From the NCBI GenBank assembly GCA_903837495.1, contig CAILUT010000031.1, positions 29,016 through 93,015 of the forward strand: 64,000 bases of DNA, read 5' to 3'. The translations under genes and the position numbers were made by a program. The stretch's first letter is position 1; every line of letters starts with the position of its first letter. Below the pieces are notes generated by a model, which was not told the DNA's origin, ran no database searches, and saw only the letters and a program-made list of their open reading frames with translations. This document shows positions 37,443 to 47,872 of the stretch, in pieces. The stretch comes from an uncultured Flavobacteriales bacterium (GTDB lineage: Bacteria > Bacteroidota > Bacteroidia > CAIKAF01).

Positions 37443-38648
37443 GTGAACCACCCCAAATCTGTATCTGTTGCGGTTTTGTCTTTGTTTTCGCATGCCCTGT
37501 ATTCGGACAAAACAAAAGCCATGGGCGGAGCAGAACGTAGGGCCTATTATTGGCTACGTCTGTTGCAGGAATCCGGCTTTTCGGTTTCGGCGGTTTTGGC
37601 TCATCAAGAAGCCGTTGCCAAGGATTTTAAATCCCGCTTAAGTACCCCTTGGCCCTTGTACGAACATCCAAAATACAGGGCCGACGGGCATGTTGTTCGA
37701 GCAAAAGAGGGCAGAACCGGCCTGATGCCGCGTCTTAGAGACAAGTTCTTGTCGCTGTTAAACAGGCCGCTTCCCAATGCGACAGAACAAAATGCCCTGT
37801 TGGGCACGGCGGTGTACCGTCAGATTGACGCGGATGCCTATGTGGCCTTTGGCTTAACCAATGCCGCCAACGAATTGGCTCGATTTTGTTCTGCTCAGGG
37901 CAAGCGATTTATTGTCAGTATTGCCTCTGAGGTGGATTTCGATTTTTTAAAGCAGCCCGAAGGAAAAGACGCTTACGACAGCAAACGGGAACTGAAAGCA
38001 GAAACCTTGGCTTTGGCAACCTTTGTTGTGGCTCAAACACCTGCGCAAGCCCAAACACTAAAGCAGATCGGCCTTCCTAGTTCAAAAATCAGGATTGTTT
38101 TTAACCCCATCGCGGCATTGGCATTGCCCGCGCAACTCCAAGGAAAAAGGGTGTTGTGGATTGGTAAATCAGATGCCAATAAAAATCCGAAGGCGGTGTT
38201 GGAGCTTTCAAAACACCTTCCCCAATTGGAATTTTGTTTGATTTTTGGGGACGATTTTGATGCAAGGCAGGCTGCTGAATTTCAGGATCAAAAGAACATT
38301 CAGGTTGTATCGGGGGTACATCCAAACCGCATACGACCGTACTATTTGGATTCTTTTTGCTTGCTTTCAACGGCGTATGCCGAGGGGTTTCCCAACACCT
38401 TTCTGGAAGCCTGGGAGGCCGGCATTCCTGTTGCTTCCTTGCATGTGGACCCTGAAAACCTGCTTAGCCAAAATGGGCTAGGGTTTATGGCTTCAGGAAA
38501 TGTAGAAGCCTTGGCTGCGGTATTGATGGAATGGGCCAAAAGCCCAGCGGCTTCACAAGAAATAGGACAAAGGGGCCGCAAGTACATTGAAACCCACCAC
38601 AATCCAGAGCAGATTCGAATTCAATTGGAACAGATGTTTAAGGTATGA
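37443..38648 (+). CDS. Glycosyltransferase family 4
   Basis: GGAERR, WIGK...KNP, EGFPNTFLEAW. Confidence 0.88.
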   Translation: MNHPKSVSVAVLSLFSHALYSDKTKAMGGAERRAYYWLRLLQESGFSVSAVLAHQEAVAKDFKSRLSTPWPLYEHPKYRADGHVVRAKEGRTGLMPRLRDKFLSLLNRPLPNATEQNALLGTAVYRQIDADAYVAFGLTNAANELARFCSAQGKRFIVSIASEVDFDFLKQPEGKDAYDSKRELKAETLALATFVVAQTPAQAQTLKQIGLPSSKIRIVFNPIAALALPAQLQGKRVLWIGKSDANKNPKAVLELSKHLPQLEFCLIFGDDFDARQAAEFQDQKNIQVVSGVHPNRIRPYYLDSFCLLSTAYAEGFPNTFLEAWEAGIPVASLHVDPENLLSQNGLGFMASGNVEALAAVLMEWAKSPAASQEIGQRGRKYIETHHNPEQIRIQLEQMFKV

Positions 38649-39856
38649 GCCAAAGAGTCCAAATCGGCATCTATTCCCTGTTCGCTCAAAATGCAATGAG
38701 AAGCAGCCATCACCGACTGGGAGGGGCAGAAAAGCGAAGTCTGTTGTTTGCAACCATGTTGGCCGAAGAGGGTGTTCCGACAGGAATTCTCATGGCCGAT
38801 CCTGGGCGTTTTGGGCGGCTGCGCCAAACCAAATCAGGCATAGTGCCCTTGTACCACCCAAAATACAGGCTGCGGAGCCATGGCATTCAAATACAAAAGC
38901 CGGTTTTTCGGTCCAGCCTTTCGGCCAGACTGCAAGACAAGATACGAAGCAGCGTCGGCCTACCTATAATTAATACCCCTGAAAAGGCTAAGAAAGCCGC
39001 TTTTGCCCCTTTCTATAAGGCTGGAGCAAGCCTGTGGGTGGGCTTGTCTTTGAACGATTCCATGCTGGAATTGGCGGAATTTTGCCAAGAAGCCGGCAGT
39101 ACATTTTTGTTGGGTTTAGCAGGAAATGTAGATTTGGATTTCATTTTTGAGCCCAATGGGCGAGACATGTACGGAGCCAGTCGGGAAAAAAAGAGAAAAG
39201 CCATGGAATTGGCATCTGCGGTTTTGGTTCAAAATCGGTTTCAAGAGAAAACCCTTCGGCATTATTTTCCCCAGAAACCCATATATGCATTGCCCAATCC
39301 CATTGTAGTTCCGAAAGTGTTCAGCGAACATCCTGTTAGATCGGGGGCTATTTGGATTGGGAAAATGGATTCGAACAAAAACCCCAAGGCATTGCTTCGT
39401 TTTGCTAAAAAGTTGCCCCAGCTAACCATCAGCATGGTTGCAAATCCGGCTGAACTTGAATTGGAACAAGAGGTGCTTCAAAATATGCCGCCCAACATTC
39501 AGGTAATTCGCTCAGTTCCCTATGAAGAAACCCAGGCATTGATGGCCAAGGCTCAAGTGCATTTGAGCACCTCATTCCAAGAAGGTTTTCCCAATACCAT
39601 TTTGGAGGCGGCCGCGGCAAAAACGCCTACGGTTTCTTTGCACGTGGATCCAGATGAACGAATGAAAGAAGGCCTGTTTGGCTTTTGCGCCAATGGAGAC
39701 GAAGACCTCTTTGCCGAGCAGGTTTCTTTGGCTATGCTGCGAAGCCAGCAGGTAGAATCTATGATGGATGCCAGTTGGAACTATGTTCAGGAAAACCATG
39801 CCTACGAACGTATAAAAAAGCGTTGGATTGAAATTGTTAAAACCTTAACCCAATAG
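38645..39856 (+). CDS. Glycosyltransferase family 4 (tandem paralog)
   Basis: GGAEKR, WIGK...KNP, EGFPNTILEAA. Confidence 0.88.
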   Translation: MSQRVQIGIYSLFAQNAMRSSHHRLGGAEKRSLLFATMLAEEGVPTGILMADPGRFGRLRQTKSGIVPLYHPKYRLRSHGIQIQKPVFRSSLSARLQDKIRSSVGLPIINTPEKAKKAAFAPFYKAGASLWVGLSLNDSMLELAEFCQEAGSTFLLGLAGNVDLDFIFEPNGRDMYGASREKKRKAMELASAVLVQNRFQEKTLRHYFPQKPIYALPNPIVVPKVFSEHPVRSGAIWIGKMDSNKNPKALLRFAKKLPQLTISMVANPAELELEQEVLQNMPPNIQVIRSVPYEETQALMAKAQVHLSTSFQEGFPNTILEAAAAKTPTVSLHVDPDERMKEGLFGFCANGDEDLFAEQVSLAMLRSQQVESMMDASWNYVQENHAYERIKKRWIEIVKTLTQ

Positions 39857-39860
39857 CCTT

Positions 39861-41750
39861 ATGTGTGGAATAGCAGGGATAGTATGGCCCGGGAAATCCC
39901 CCATTCCATTTGTGGAAACGGCGTTAGCGATGCAACGGCATCGGGGGCCCGACGGAGAAGGGTATTTGGTTGTTGGGGATATCGCCTTGGTTCACAGCAG
40001 ACTTTCTATATTGGATTTAAAGGGGGGACAGCAACCGATGGAATCTGCCCGGTTCGCGGTGGTGTTTAATGGGGAGATTTACAATTACCTTGAGCTTAAA
40101 AAGGAATTGGAGTCAAAAGGGTTAAGGTTCCAAACAAGTTCAGACACCGAGGTGGTTCTTCTAGGATTTGAGCATTGGGGGCTTAAACTGTTCGGCAAGC
40201 TTCGAGGCATGTTTGCCTTGGCCATCACCAATAAAAAAACAGGGCGGCTGACCTTGGCAAGGGATCCGTTCGGAATAAAGCCCCTGCATTATTTCGCACC
40301 CTCAACCGGTTTTGCCTTTTCCAGCGAAATTCGAACCTTGTCCACCTGTTTCGGTTCCCTAATTTCCATTGATCCACAGGCCGTTTACGCTTTTTTAAAC
40401 CTGCAGTTTGTTCCCAGTCCGTTCAGTATTTTTAAAGAAATCAAAAAACTGGAGGCGGGGCAGTTTTTGGAGGTTTCTGCCCAAGGGCAAATCGAAAATT
40501 CCGGTTTTTTCTTCTCTCTTTCTGAACCTAACAGCCCCCTACGGCCAAGCGATTTGAGTTATGAGGAGGCATTGAAACAAACAGCTCATGTAATTCGTGA
40601 ATCTGTTCAAGCCCACATGTTGGCGGATGTGGAAGTGGGTACTTTTTTATCGGGGGGCATAGATTCAACCTTAATTACCCGCTATGCTTCTGAGGTTTCG
40701 CCGGGGCAAATAAACAGTTTTTCCATTGGTTTTTCTGCCAAGGCCTACGATGAATCTGCCTATGCTCAAGCGGCGGCATTGAAGTTAGGAACGCGGCACC
40801 ACCAATGGACGGTAGATGGGATTTCGGAATTGGATGTTGAGGATATGGTTCGAGCCTATGGAGAGCCTTTTGGAGACAGTTCTGCCATTCCGACCTATTT
40901 GGTTTCAAAGCTTGCGGCCCAGCATGTAAAGGTAGCCTTGACGGGCGATGGGGGCGACGAATTGTTCTTCGGTTACCAACGGTATGGGGCCTGGTGGCAA
41001 AAAGTACAGCGTTTCTCAGAACATTCTGCCCTAAAAAAAACCTACGTGAAATCGATGCGTAGGCTACTTCCCACCCGGTATGGCCCCATGTCGGGCGAAC
41101 CGAGGCCAAACCTCTGGATTAAAAGCATTCAATTGCTTGGGCAACAGGACCTGAATGAATGGATGCCTGGGATCTTGAACCCTAGCTCATTCGAGGTGTT
41201 CAAAAACATGGAACGTTTTTTTGATAAACAGCAACATCGAAACCCAATGGAAATTGCACGTTGGGCTGAATTGAGGTATTATTTGAGAGAAGATATTTTA
41301 ACCAAAGTGGACATCGCTTCCATGCGCAACAGCTTAGAAACACGCCCCCCATTGGTGGACTCCAAAATTTGGGATTGGGCCAAACAATTGCCACATGAAT
41401 ACATGTTTTCTGTTGAATCTGCACCCTTTGGATTTACAGGAAAACGCATAATTAAAGACCTTTTAGCGGACATGTTTCCTGAGGATTTTATTCATCGCCC
41501 CAAAATGGGTTTTGGAATTCCTATGCACGAATGGATCAATGAAGGACCACTGACCTCTCTGTTCTTGTCGTCCTTGCATGATTCAGGCAGCGGGTTGAAA
41601 GATTGGTTGGACCTGAACCAGGTTAAAATTTGGCATGAAACGCAGAAAAAATCAGGCCGTTTTGATGTTTCAGGTCAATGGGGTTTGCTTGTGCTATCTG
41701 TATGGATAAACCAATGGAGTTCAAGTTCGGCACCTTCGTTTTATTCCTAA
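39861..41750 (+). CDS. asnB: Asparagine synthase-like amidotransferase (copy 2)
   Basis: MCGIAG, HRGPD, NGEIYN, SGGIDS, TGDGGDELF. Confidence 0.93.
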   Translation: MCGIAGIVWPGKSPIPFVETALAMQRHRGPDGEGYLVVGDIALVHSRLSILDLKGGQQPMESARFAVVFNGEIYNYLELKKELESKGLRFQTSSDTEVVLLGFEHWGLKLFGKLRGMFALAITNKKTGRLTLARDPFGIKPLHYFAPSTGFAFSSEIRTLSTCFGSLISIDPQAVYAFLNLQFVPSPFSIFKEIKKLEAGQFLEVSAQGQIENSGFFFSLSEPNSPLRPSDLSYEEALKQTAHVIRESVQAHMLADVEVGTFLSGGIDSTLITRYASEVSPGQINSFSIGFSAKAYDESAYAQAAALKLGTRHHQWTVDGISELDVEDMVRAYGEPFGDSSAIPTYLVSKLAAQHVKVALTGDGGDELFFGYQRYGAWWQKVQRFSEHSALKKTYVKSMRRLLPTRYGPMSGEPRPNLWIKSIQLLGQQDLNEWMPGILNPSSFEVFKNMERFFDKQQHRNPMEIARWAELRYYLREDILTKVDIASMRNSLETRPPLVDSKIWDWAKQLPHEYMFSVESAPFGFTGKRIIKDLLADMFPEDFIHRPKMGFGIPMHEWINEGPLTSLFLSSLHDSGSGLKDWLDLNQVKIWHETQKKSGRFDVSGQWGLLVLSVWINQWSSSSAPSFYS

Positions 41751-41763
41751 GCCTTCCCCAAAA

Positions 41764-42702
41764 ATGATTGCTGTGTCTGTTGTGGTTCTTTGTTTTAATC
41801 AATCCGAGTTTATTTTGGATTGCCTCAGGGGCATTGCCCAGCAGAAGGGCGATTTCCAATTGGAATTGATCATTAGCGATGATGCATCAACCGACAATAC
41901 GCCTCAACTCATTCAGAATTGGGCTCAGGAGTATTTTCCACAAGCCCGCCTGTTATTTAGGGAAAAAAATGGGGGTGTAGCATTCAATTGGCTAGATACC
42001 ATATCTAAAGCCAAAGGCAAGTACATTGCACTGTGCGAAGGCGATGATTTCTGGACCGACCCAAACAAGTTGCAACGTCAAATTCAAGCCTTGGAATCCA
42101 ATCCAGATGCCAGCCTTTGCTGGCATGAGGTTGACGTGTTGGAGCAAGGGGTCCTCCGCAGATACCCCTATGCACCCCTGAACATGGAAAGGTCGGGCAT
42201 TAAGGAGGCCATATTGGATCATTCCATCCCGACCTGCAGCATGGTTTTCAAAAACCTGTCGCCATGGAATTGGCCTAGCTTCTTTTTTAAGGCCTTCAGC
42301 ATTGATGTATTGGTTCAACTGCACATTCTAATTCAGGGCTATGCACTTAAAACAGAGGGAAAGTTGGCGGTGTACCGACAGCATCCGGGGGGGGTATCCA
42401 AACAGAAAAACAGATTTTGGTTGGCTGCGTTGAACCGACTGGAAATGCTGAGGAAATTCGATGTACATACCCAAGGCAAGTACAGGCCCTTTATTCAATC
42501 GTATATTTTGCGTCAAGCAACCTTGCTTTGGAAGTTTCCCGAACTTCCTTTTTTAAGCCAACGCCGGTACCGGCTGGCCATGCTGCATTGGTTTGCCCAA
42601 AACCCAGCCACCTGGAAAGAAAAAAAAGCCTGGTTTTATACCCTTTTTTTACCTAAAATCTACGACAGATATTTGCTATGGAGGCAATCCACAGGCCATT
42701 AG
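41764..42702 (+). CDS. Glycosyltransferase family 2
   Basis: DDASTD, YIALCEGDDFW..PNKLQRQ, YRQH.GG. Confidence 0.92.
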   Translation: MIAVSVVVLCFNQSEFILDCLRGIAQQKGDFQLELIISDDASTDNTPQLIQNWAQEYFPQARLLFREKNGGVAFNWLDTISKAKGKYIALCEGDDFWTDPNKLQRQIQALESNPDASLCWHEVDVLEQGVLRRYPYAPLNMERSGIKEAILDHSIPTCSMVFKNLSPWNWPSFFFKAFSIDVLVQLHILIQGYALKTEGKLAVYRQHPGGVSKQKNRFWLAALNRLEMLRKFDVHTQGKYRPFIQSYILRQATLLWKFPELPFLSQRRYRLAMLHWFAQNPATWKEKKAWFYTLFLPKIYDRYLLWRQSTGH

Positions 42703-43601
42703 CAGGTCAGCGCATTGCATTGGTAGGGGGCAGTGGCTTTATTGGGCTTGCCTTAGCCCAAAGGCTTAAAAGCCAAGGGGCAGAATGTCTGTTGATTGAT
42801 CCTTGGGAGCCTGCATTCAAAACGGGTTGTGCTTGGGTCTCGGTTCCATCAGGCAGGCAGGCTTGGTCGGATGTTCTAAAACTCGTCGATGTATGCATCT
42901 ATTTGCAATGCTCAACGCTACCTAAATCCTCATTCGACAATCCCATGTTGGAATTGCAAGAGAACGAAAGGCCCCTATTGGAATTGCTGCCCTTGTTGCT
43001 GGAAAACCGAATTAAATTGGTCTATTTTTCCAGTGGAGGGGCCATTTATGGGGAAATAGAAAAGGGGCAGGCCGCCGAAGACCATACCCTAAAACCAATA
43101 AGCCCCTATGGGGTTGGGAAGAAAAATGCGGAAACTTGGGTCGATTGGTATTGCTTGCAAGGGTTATCTGCCTTGATTATCCGGCCTTCTACCGTATATG
43201 GTTTTGGGCAAGGAGAGCGCAGCATCCAAGGTGTTGTTCTGGCTATGTTGCATTCAGCAAAAAAAAGGCAATCCTTTGGTTTGCAAGGCGGCGGAGAACA
43301 GATTAAGGATTTTTTATTTTTGGAGGACCTGGTCGATTTTGTTGAACTTGCCCTAGAAAAAAAACTGCAGGGAACCTACAATGTATGCTCGGGGGAAGCG
43401 GTTTCCTTGAAGACCGTTCTTGAATGGGTTGAAAAAACCACCGGGATACCATTGAAAATCCAGGACTATCCTTCCCATCCCTCAGATGTCAGGCGCATGA
43501 GTTTAAATTCACGAAAAGCGAATGGGGTAGGTTGGAAGGCGAAAACAACGTTGGAGGAGGGAATAAAAAAGCTATGGAAGGGAATTCTGGAAAGAGACTG
43601 A
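42678..43601 (+). CDS. NAD-dependent nucleotide-sugar epimerase/dehydratase
   Basis: GGSGFIG, SSGGAIYG, PISPYGVGK (YxxxK). Confidence 0.9.
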   Translation: MEAIHRPLAGQRIALVGGSGFIGLALAQRLKSQGAECLLIDPWEPAFKTGCAWVSVPSGRQAWSDVLKLVDVCIYLQCSTLPKSSFDNPMLELQENERPLLELLPLLLENRIKLVYFSSGGAIYGEIEKGQAAEDHTLKPISPYGVGKKNAETWVDWYCLQGLSALIIRPSTVYGFGQGERSIQGVVLAMLHSAKKRQSFGLQGGGEQIKDFLFLEDLVDFVELALEKKLQGTYNVCSGEAVSLKTVLEWVEKTTGIPLKIQDYPSHPSDVRRMSLNSRKANGVGWKAKTTLEEGIKKLWKGILERD

Positions 43602-44818
43602 AGCCGGGTATTTTGTATCTGGTCAACGACCTTCAGGCCGGGGGTGCTGAAATGTTTTTAAAGCGGCTGGGAGAGGGTTTAAGCAAGCATTTCCAACCCT
43701 TTATCGGTATTCTAGACAAACAGAATTCTCAAGATGAGTTTAGCCAATTTTTCTTTGAAGGTGGCTGTTGGAAAGAGTTCCCCTTGTATCATTTTAACGA
43801 AGACTCTCTTAGGAATTGGTTGTATTGGAAAGCAAACGCAGCGATGGGCTTGTTTGGAAAGAAGATGGTGTATGAGGAATTAAAGAAAGGGGAAGAACAA
43901 AAGGTATGGCGGCAACGAATTAAAACGCATAACATAGTTTTGGTCAACAGCAACAGTGCTGCGACAGATGCTTTTGTTGCAAAGAAAATAAAACCCAATA
44001 TAAATTTACCTTGGGTATTGACCCAACATAGCTCATACAATAAAATACGTTGGAATAAATATTCTACCGAACTCGAATTTATTGAACAAGTTTCGGCAGT
44101 TTTAAGATTGCCCGAGGCCATTCTATATACGGCCGAGGAAAATCTAGAAATTTATCAGCATGTTGCACTTTCTCCGCACACCCGAATCAAAAAGATTTAT
44201 TTGGGGTATGAGCCTGAGCCAGCTGTTCCAGAAAAACCCCTGCAAACCAAACCGTTAAAACTGTCCATGATGGCAAGGGGAATTCCCGAAAAAGGATGGG
44301 AACAAGCCCTAAAAGCCGTTGAAATTTTGAATGCCGATGCAATTCAGGTTGAGTTTCAAGCCATTTATTCCCCCAGCGAATACATGGACTCCCTCCAAGG
44401 GCAGTATGCGCATGTGCAGGGTATCCATTGGCAGGGTTATGTTCCAAATCCTGCTTCTATTTTGGCGGAGTCTCATGCCACGCTGCTGCCTTCCTATTTT
44501 CAAGAAAGCCTCCCCTATGCCGTTACTGAAAGTTTGGCCTATGGAACACCCGTTATTACCTTGCCGGTGGCCGAAATTCCCATGATGTTGAAAACGGATT
44601 TGGGCTTGGCGGGGCAACTTTTGGAGGCCGAATCAAACGGCACGGCGAATATCCACGGTTTAGTAAAGGCCATTCAACGCTACATAGACAACCCAGAGCA
44701 ATGCAGGGAACACAGCATGCGCGCCCGCCTCGCTTTCGCCGAAAAGTTTAGCATGCAAACCTGCCTGAATGAATACAAAGCGGTTTTTGATGCATTAACT
44801 CAACCTACATATTCCTGA
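43574..44818 (+). CDS. Glycosyltransferase family 4
   Basis: GGAEMF, ARGIPEKGW, ESLPYAVTESL. Start uncertain. Confidence 0.85.
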   Translation: MEGNSGKRLKPGILYLVNDLQAGGAEMFLKRLGEGLSKHFQPFIGILDKQNSQDEFSQFFFEGGCWKEFPLYHFNEDSLRNWLYWKANAAMGLFGKKMVYEELKKGEEQKVWRQRIKTHNIVLVNSNSAATDAFVAKKIKPNINLPWVLTQHSSYNKIRWNKYSTELEFIEQVSAVLRLPEAILYTAEENLEIYQHVALSPHTRIKKIYLGYEPEPAVPEKPLQTKPLKLSMMARGIPEKGWEQALKAVEILNADAIQVEFQAIYSPSEYMDSLQGQYAHVQGIHWQGYVPNPASILAESHATLLPSYFQESLPYAVTESLAYGTPVITLPVAEIPMMLKTDLGLAGQLLEAESNGTANIHGLVKAIQRYIDNPEQCREHSMRARLAFAEKFSMQTCLNEYKAVFDALTQPTYS

Positions 44819-45732
44819 TGCATAGCACAGTTGAGCCTGAAATTTGCCTGGTTTTAACTTGCTTCCAAGAGGCGGAATTGCTCAACCGAGCGGTCAATTC
44901 AATTTTGGCTCAAACCGACCCTCTCTTTACTACGCTTATAGTATTTGATGCCGGCGACGAAGCCACTCAAAATCTGGCCCGAGAACATGCCCGAAAGCAT
45001 GGATTTCAGCTGATTGAACACAAACAGAACCAAGGCCTGTCGGCCGCCAGAAACACCGGGTTTTCCAATGCGGCAGACTGGGTTATGCCCCTTGATGCCG
45101 ACGACGCTTTACCTCCAACAGCAGTGGCAGACCTACGGGCAGCCATTCATCGGTTCCCAGAATCCGATTTTTTCTTTGGAAATTACAGGATAGTACGCAG
45201 CGAAACCGACCAGCAGAGCACAGATTGCAGTTCAATTGCCGAGGGTGAACTGCATGGAGGGCCCTTAAATCCTTTCAAACTTACCGAGAATTGGTCCTTG
45301 TTGGGAACCAGCCCCTGCCGTAAAAAGGTATGGGAAGCCGTGGGGGGCTATGATTTGGCTTTTACCAATACCGTTCAAGACCTTGATTTTTGGAGAAGGG
45401 TTTTGTTGAACGGAGCCCAGGGGCGTTGGATAAATCGAGAAATGTACCATTGGTATAGAACCGAAACGGGGATGAACGCTTCCGTCAAAGAAGAAGATTT
45501 GTTGCCCTTGCGTATAAAAAGTTTGCCTTTTTACGAAAAATTCAACCCTGCGCTTGCCAAACATTATGCCGATTACCTGTATAGGTATTTCAGCCATAGA
45601 CGGCTTCGTGACCCCCTGCTAGGTTTACTGCAAGCCCATCCTAATATGTTTAACATTCAAGAAAAGGTTTTGGCCTATGCCATGCCTGTGCAGCCTCTGT
45701 ATTCCTTGCTTTATCGTTTTTTTAAGCATTAA
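44818..45732 (+). CDS. Glycosyltransferase family 2
   Basis: NQGLSAARNTG, PLDADD, VGGYD..QDLDFW. Confidence 0.9.
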   Translation: MHSTVEPEICLVLTCFQEAELLNRAVNSILAQTDPLFTTLIVFDAGDEATQNLAREHARKHGFQLIEHKQNQGLSAARNTGFSNAADWVMPLDADDALPPTAVADLRAAIHRFPESDFFFGNYRIVRSETDQQSTDCSSIAEGELHGGPLNPFKLTENWSLLGTSPCRKKVWEAVGGYDLAFTNTVQDLDFWRRVLLNGAQGRWINREMYHWYRTETGMNASVKEEDLLPLRIKSLPFYEKFNPALAKHYADYLYRYFSHRRLRDPLLGLLQAHPNMFNIQEKVLAYAMPVQPLYSLLYRFFKH

Positions 45733-45758
45733 GATTCGCGCAGGAAAGCAAAGAACTC

Positions 45759-46757
45759 ATGCAAGGCTATCCCAAAATATCTTTGGTAACCCCCTCCTTC
45801 AATCAAGGAAAATACCTGGAACAGACCATAGATTCCGTACTAAATCAAGGGTACCCGGCCCTTGAATACATGGTGATGGACGGAGGCAGTACCGACGGAA
45901 GCCTAGACATCATAAAAAGGCATGCTGGGCATTTGCATGCCTGGGAATCTGGGCCGGATGGGGGTCAAAGTCAAGCCATAAATAAGGGGTTGATGCGCAG
46001 CAGCGGAGATCTGGTGGGCTGGTTAAATTCCGACGATTTCTTGGAGCCGGGAGCACTGTTTGCCTGGGCCGAAGCATTTAAAAGTGCCCCCCAAGCTTTG
46101 GCGGTTTGCGGAAAAGTAAAGGTTTGGGACGAGGACCGTTTTTCTCACCTTCGGGAACCCTCTTACCTTGGCGAAACAAGAGCCCAAACCCTGTCAAAAG
46201 CAAACATCAATCAAGAGGGAACCCTGTTTAATGGCCCACGCGTTAGAGCTCTAGGTGGGGTTCATCCCGCATTTCAGTATGCCATGGATTTAGAATTGTG
46301 GTTTAGCCTACTGCTCTACGCCCCTGAAGCCCCACTACTTCAAATTGAAAATACGGTTTCGAATTTCAGGCGCCACCCTCAGGCAAAATCGAGCATTCAA
46401 GCCCAAATGCCGGCAGGAAAGTCCAACATGTTTGCCGAACGGCTTCTTATTATGCAGGCCCTGTCAGAAATCGGCAATCGGGATTCAAAGTCAGATTTGT
46501 TCTTAGCCGCAGGTCTAACAAAACCGTTCCCATATTCCTTAAGGGTTCCCGTTTCTGTTCCACTTGCCCAAGAAATTGCATCCGGCTTTGTTTTTCAACA
46601 CAGCTTGTATTTAGAAGACAAGGGTAACAGCAAGGATTTGCTGCGCTGGCTTTTTAGGAGCAAAAGGTCTTGGAACAAAGCCCAAAAGTCCGATTACCGA
46701 TTTTTATTGAAAAAAGGATTCATCGACAGTGTGTTTGGTCGTCCTACAAAAGGTTAG
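45759..46757 (+). CDS. Glycosyltransferase family 2
   Basis: PKISLVTPSFNQG, DGGSTD, GQSQAINKG, WLNSDD, MDLELW. Confidence 0.92.
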   Translation: MQGYPKISLVTPSFNQGKYLEQTIDSVLNQGYPALEYMVMDGGSTDGSLDIIKRHAGHLHAWESGPDGGQSQAINKGLMRSSGDLVGWLNSDDFLEPGALFAWAEAFKSAPQALAVCGKVKVWDEDRFSHLREPSYLGETRAQTLSKANINQEGTLFNGPRVRALGGVHPAFQYAMDLELWFSLLLYAPEAPLLQIENTVSNFRRHPQAKSSIQAQMPAGKSNMFAERLLIMQALSEIGNRDSKSDLFLAAGLTKPFPYSLRVPVSVPLAQEIASGFVFQHSLYLEDKGNSKDLLRWLFRSKRSWNKAQKSDYRFLLKKGFIDSVFGRPTKG

Positions 46758-46762
46758 TAAAA

Positions 46763-47872
46763 ATGCACCCCAGGTTGTTTTTTTTGTTGTTGATTTTAAA
46801 GCCCAAATGCTTGGCTTGGTGGTTGGCAGGAAAAGAAATCGAGGGGCTAACCTATGACAATAGCCCTCCTGAAGGACCAATTTTGGCCGAGGCCGAAATC
46901 TTAGGGTATAAGCCTTTTGGAATATCCGAAAAGGCCTTGCCTTCTAAAACCAGAAACGTTCACGTTCATAAATACCACGCCGCTTTGGTTTATTCAGAGG
47001 GCTTTTGGATAAGCCGAAAAGGTTTGGGACGAATTGGACTAAAGCACCCTTCCGAGGCCAATACCCTTCATGGGTTTTACGTATTGGAAGCAAGGCTTAA
47101 AAGAAAAATACGTCGTATTCATAGCGGAGTTTTGCTGTACAACCGTTGGTCAAGGAACAATTATTACCATTGGATGACCGAAACCCTGCCTAGGATAAGA
47201 GTATGGTCTCTTAAGCCAGAGGCGGCAAATCATCCTTTGCTGATTCCAAGTTCGTTCCCAGACTTTTGCATTGAAAGCATAAAGGCAATGGCTCCCCACC
47301 TGCCAGTTTTTACTTTTTCGGGGGAATTAGAACTCCTTTTGGTAAAACGTCTTTTTTTTATTTCTGAACCTTGGGCCGACATTCCAAGCAAAAGTTTATT
47401 AAGAAAAACCATTGTAGGTCTTTATTCAAACATTGAATTCAACACCAAGCCCAATTTTAAACTTATTTTTGCCCTTCGGAAGGAAGGGCTTTCTAGGTCT
47501 ATTTTGAATATTGCCGAGGTTAGGGTTGCCCTTTCCGCAATCCCAGTACACTATGTTGATTTTGACAGTCTGCCTTTTCGTGAGCAACTTTTATTGATGA
47601 GGGGGGCAAGGGGCTTGATTGGTTTTCATGGAGCGAATTTAACCAACCTGATGTTTTTGCCAGAAGGAGGCCTTGTTTTTGAAATTAGCTTTCCATTTTT
47701 GCAGGCCTCACCTTGGAATCGATTTTGCTACCAACATTTGGCGCAGGCCTGCGGCTTAGATTATACTTTGTTTTTGAATGCCAATACCACCGAAGAGAGT
47801 ATGGATGGCCCCGTATGGCTGGACGGCCCTAAATTGGCATCGGTTTTAGCTTCAAGATTGCAAAATGCTTGA
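46763..47872 (+). CDS. Glycosyltransferase family 61 / DUF563
   Basis: NYYHWMTETLPR, R.ILN, EQ..L...LIGFHGANLTNLMF. Start ATG 46763. Confidence 0.82.
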   Translation: MHPRLFFLLLILKPKCLAWWLAGKEIEGLTYDNSPPEGPILAEAEILGYKPFGISEKALPSKTRNVHVHKYHAALVYSEGFWISRKGLGRIGLKHPSEANTLHGFYVLEARLKRKIRRIHSGVLLYNRWSRNNYYHWMTETLPRIRVWSLKPEAANHPLLIPSSFPDFCIESIKAMAPHLPVFTFSGELELLLVKRLFFISEPWADIPSKSLLRKTIVGLYSNIEFNTKPNFKLIFALRKEGLSRSILNIAEVRVALSAIPVHYVDFDSLPFREQLLLMRGARGLIGFHGANLTNLMFLPEGGLVFEISFPFLQASPWNRFCYQHLAQACGLDYTLFLNANTTEESMDGPVWLDGPKLASVLASRLQNA

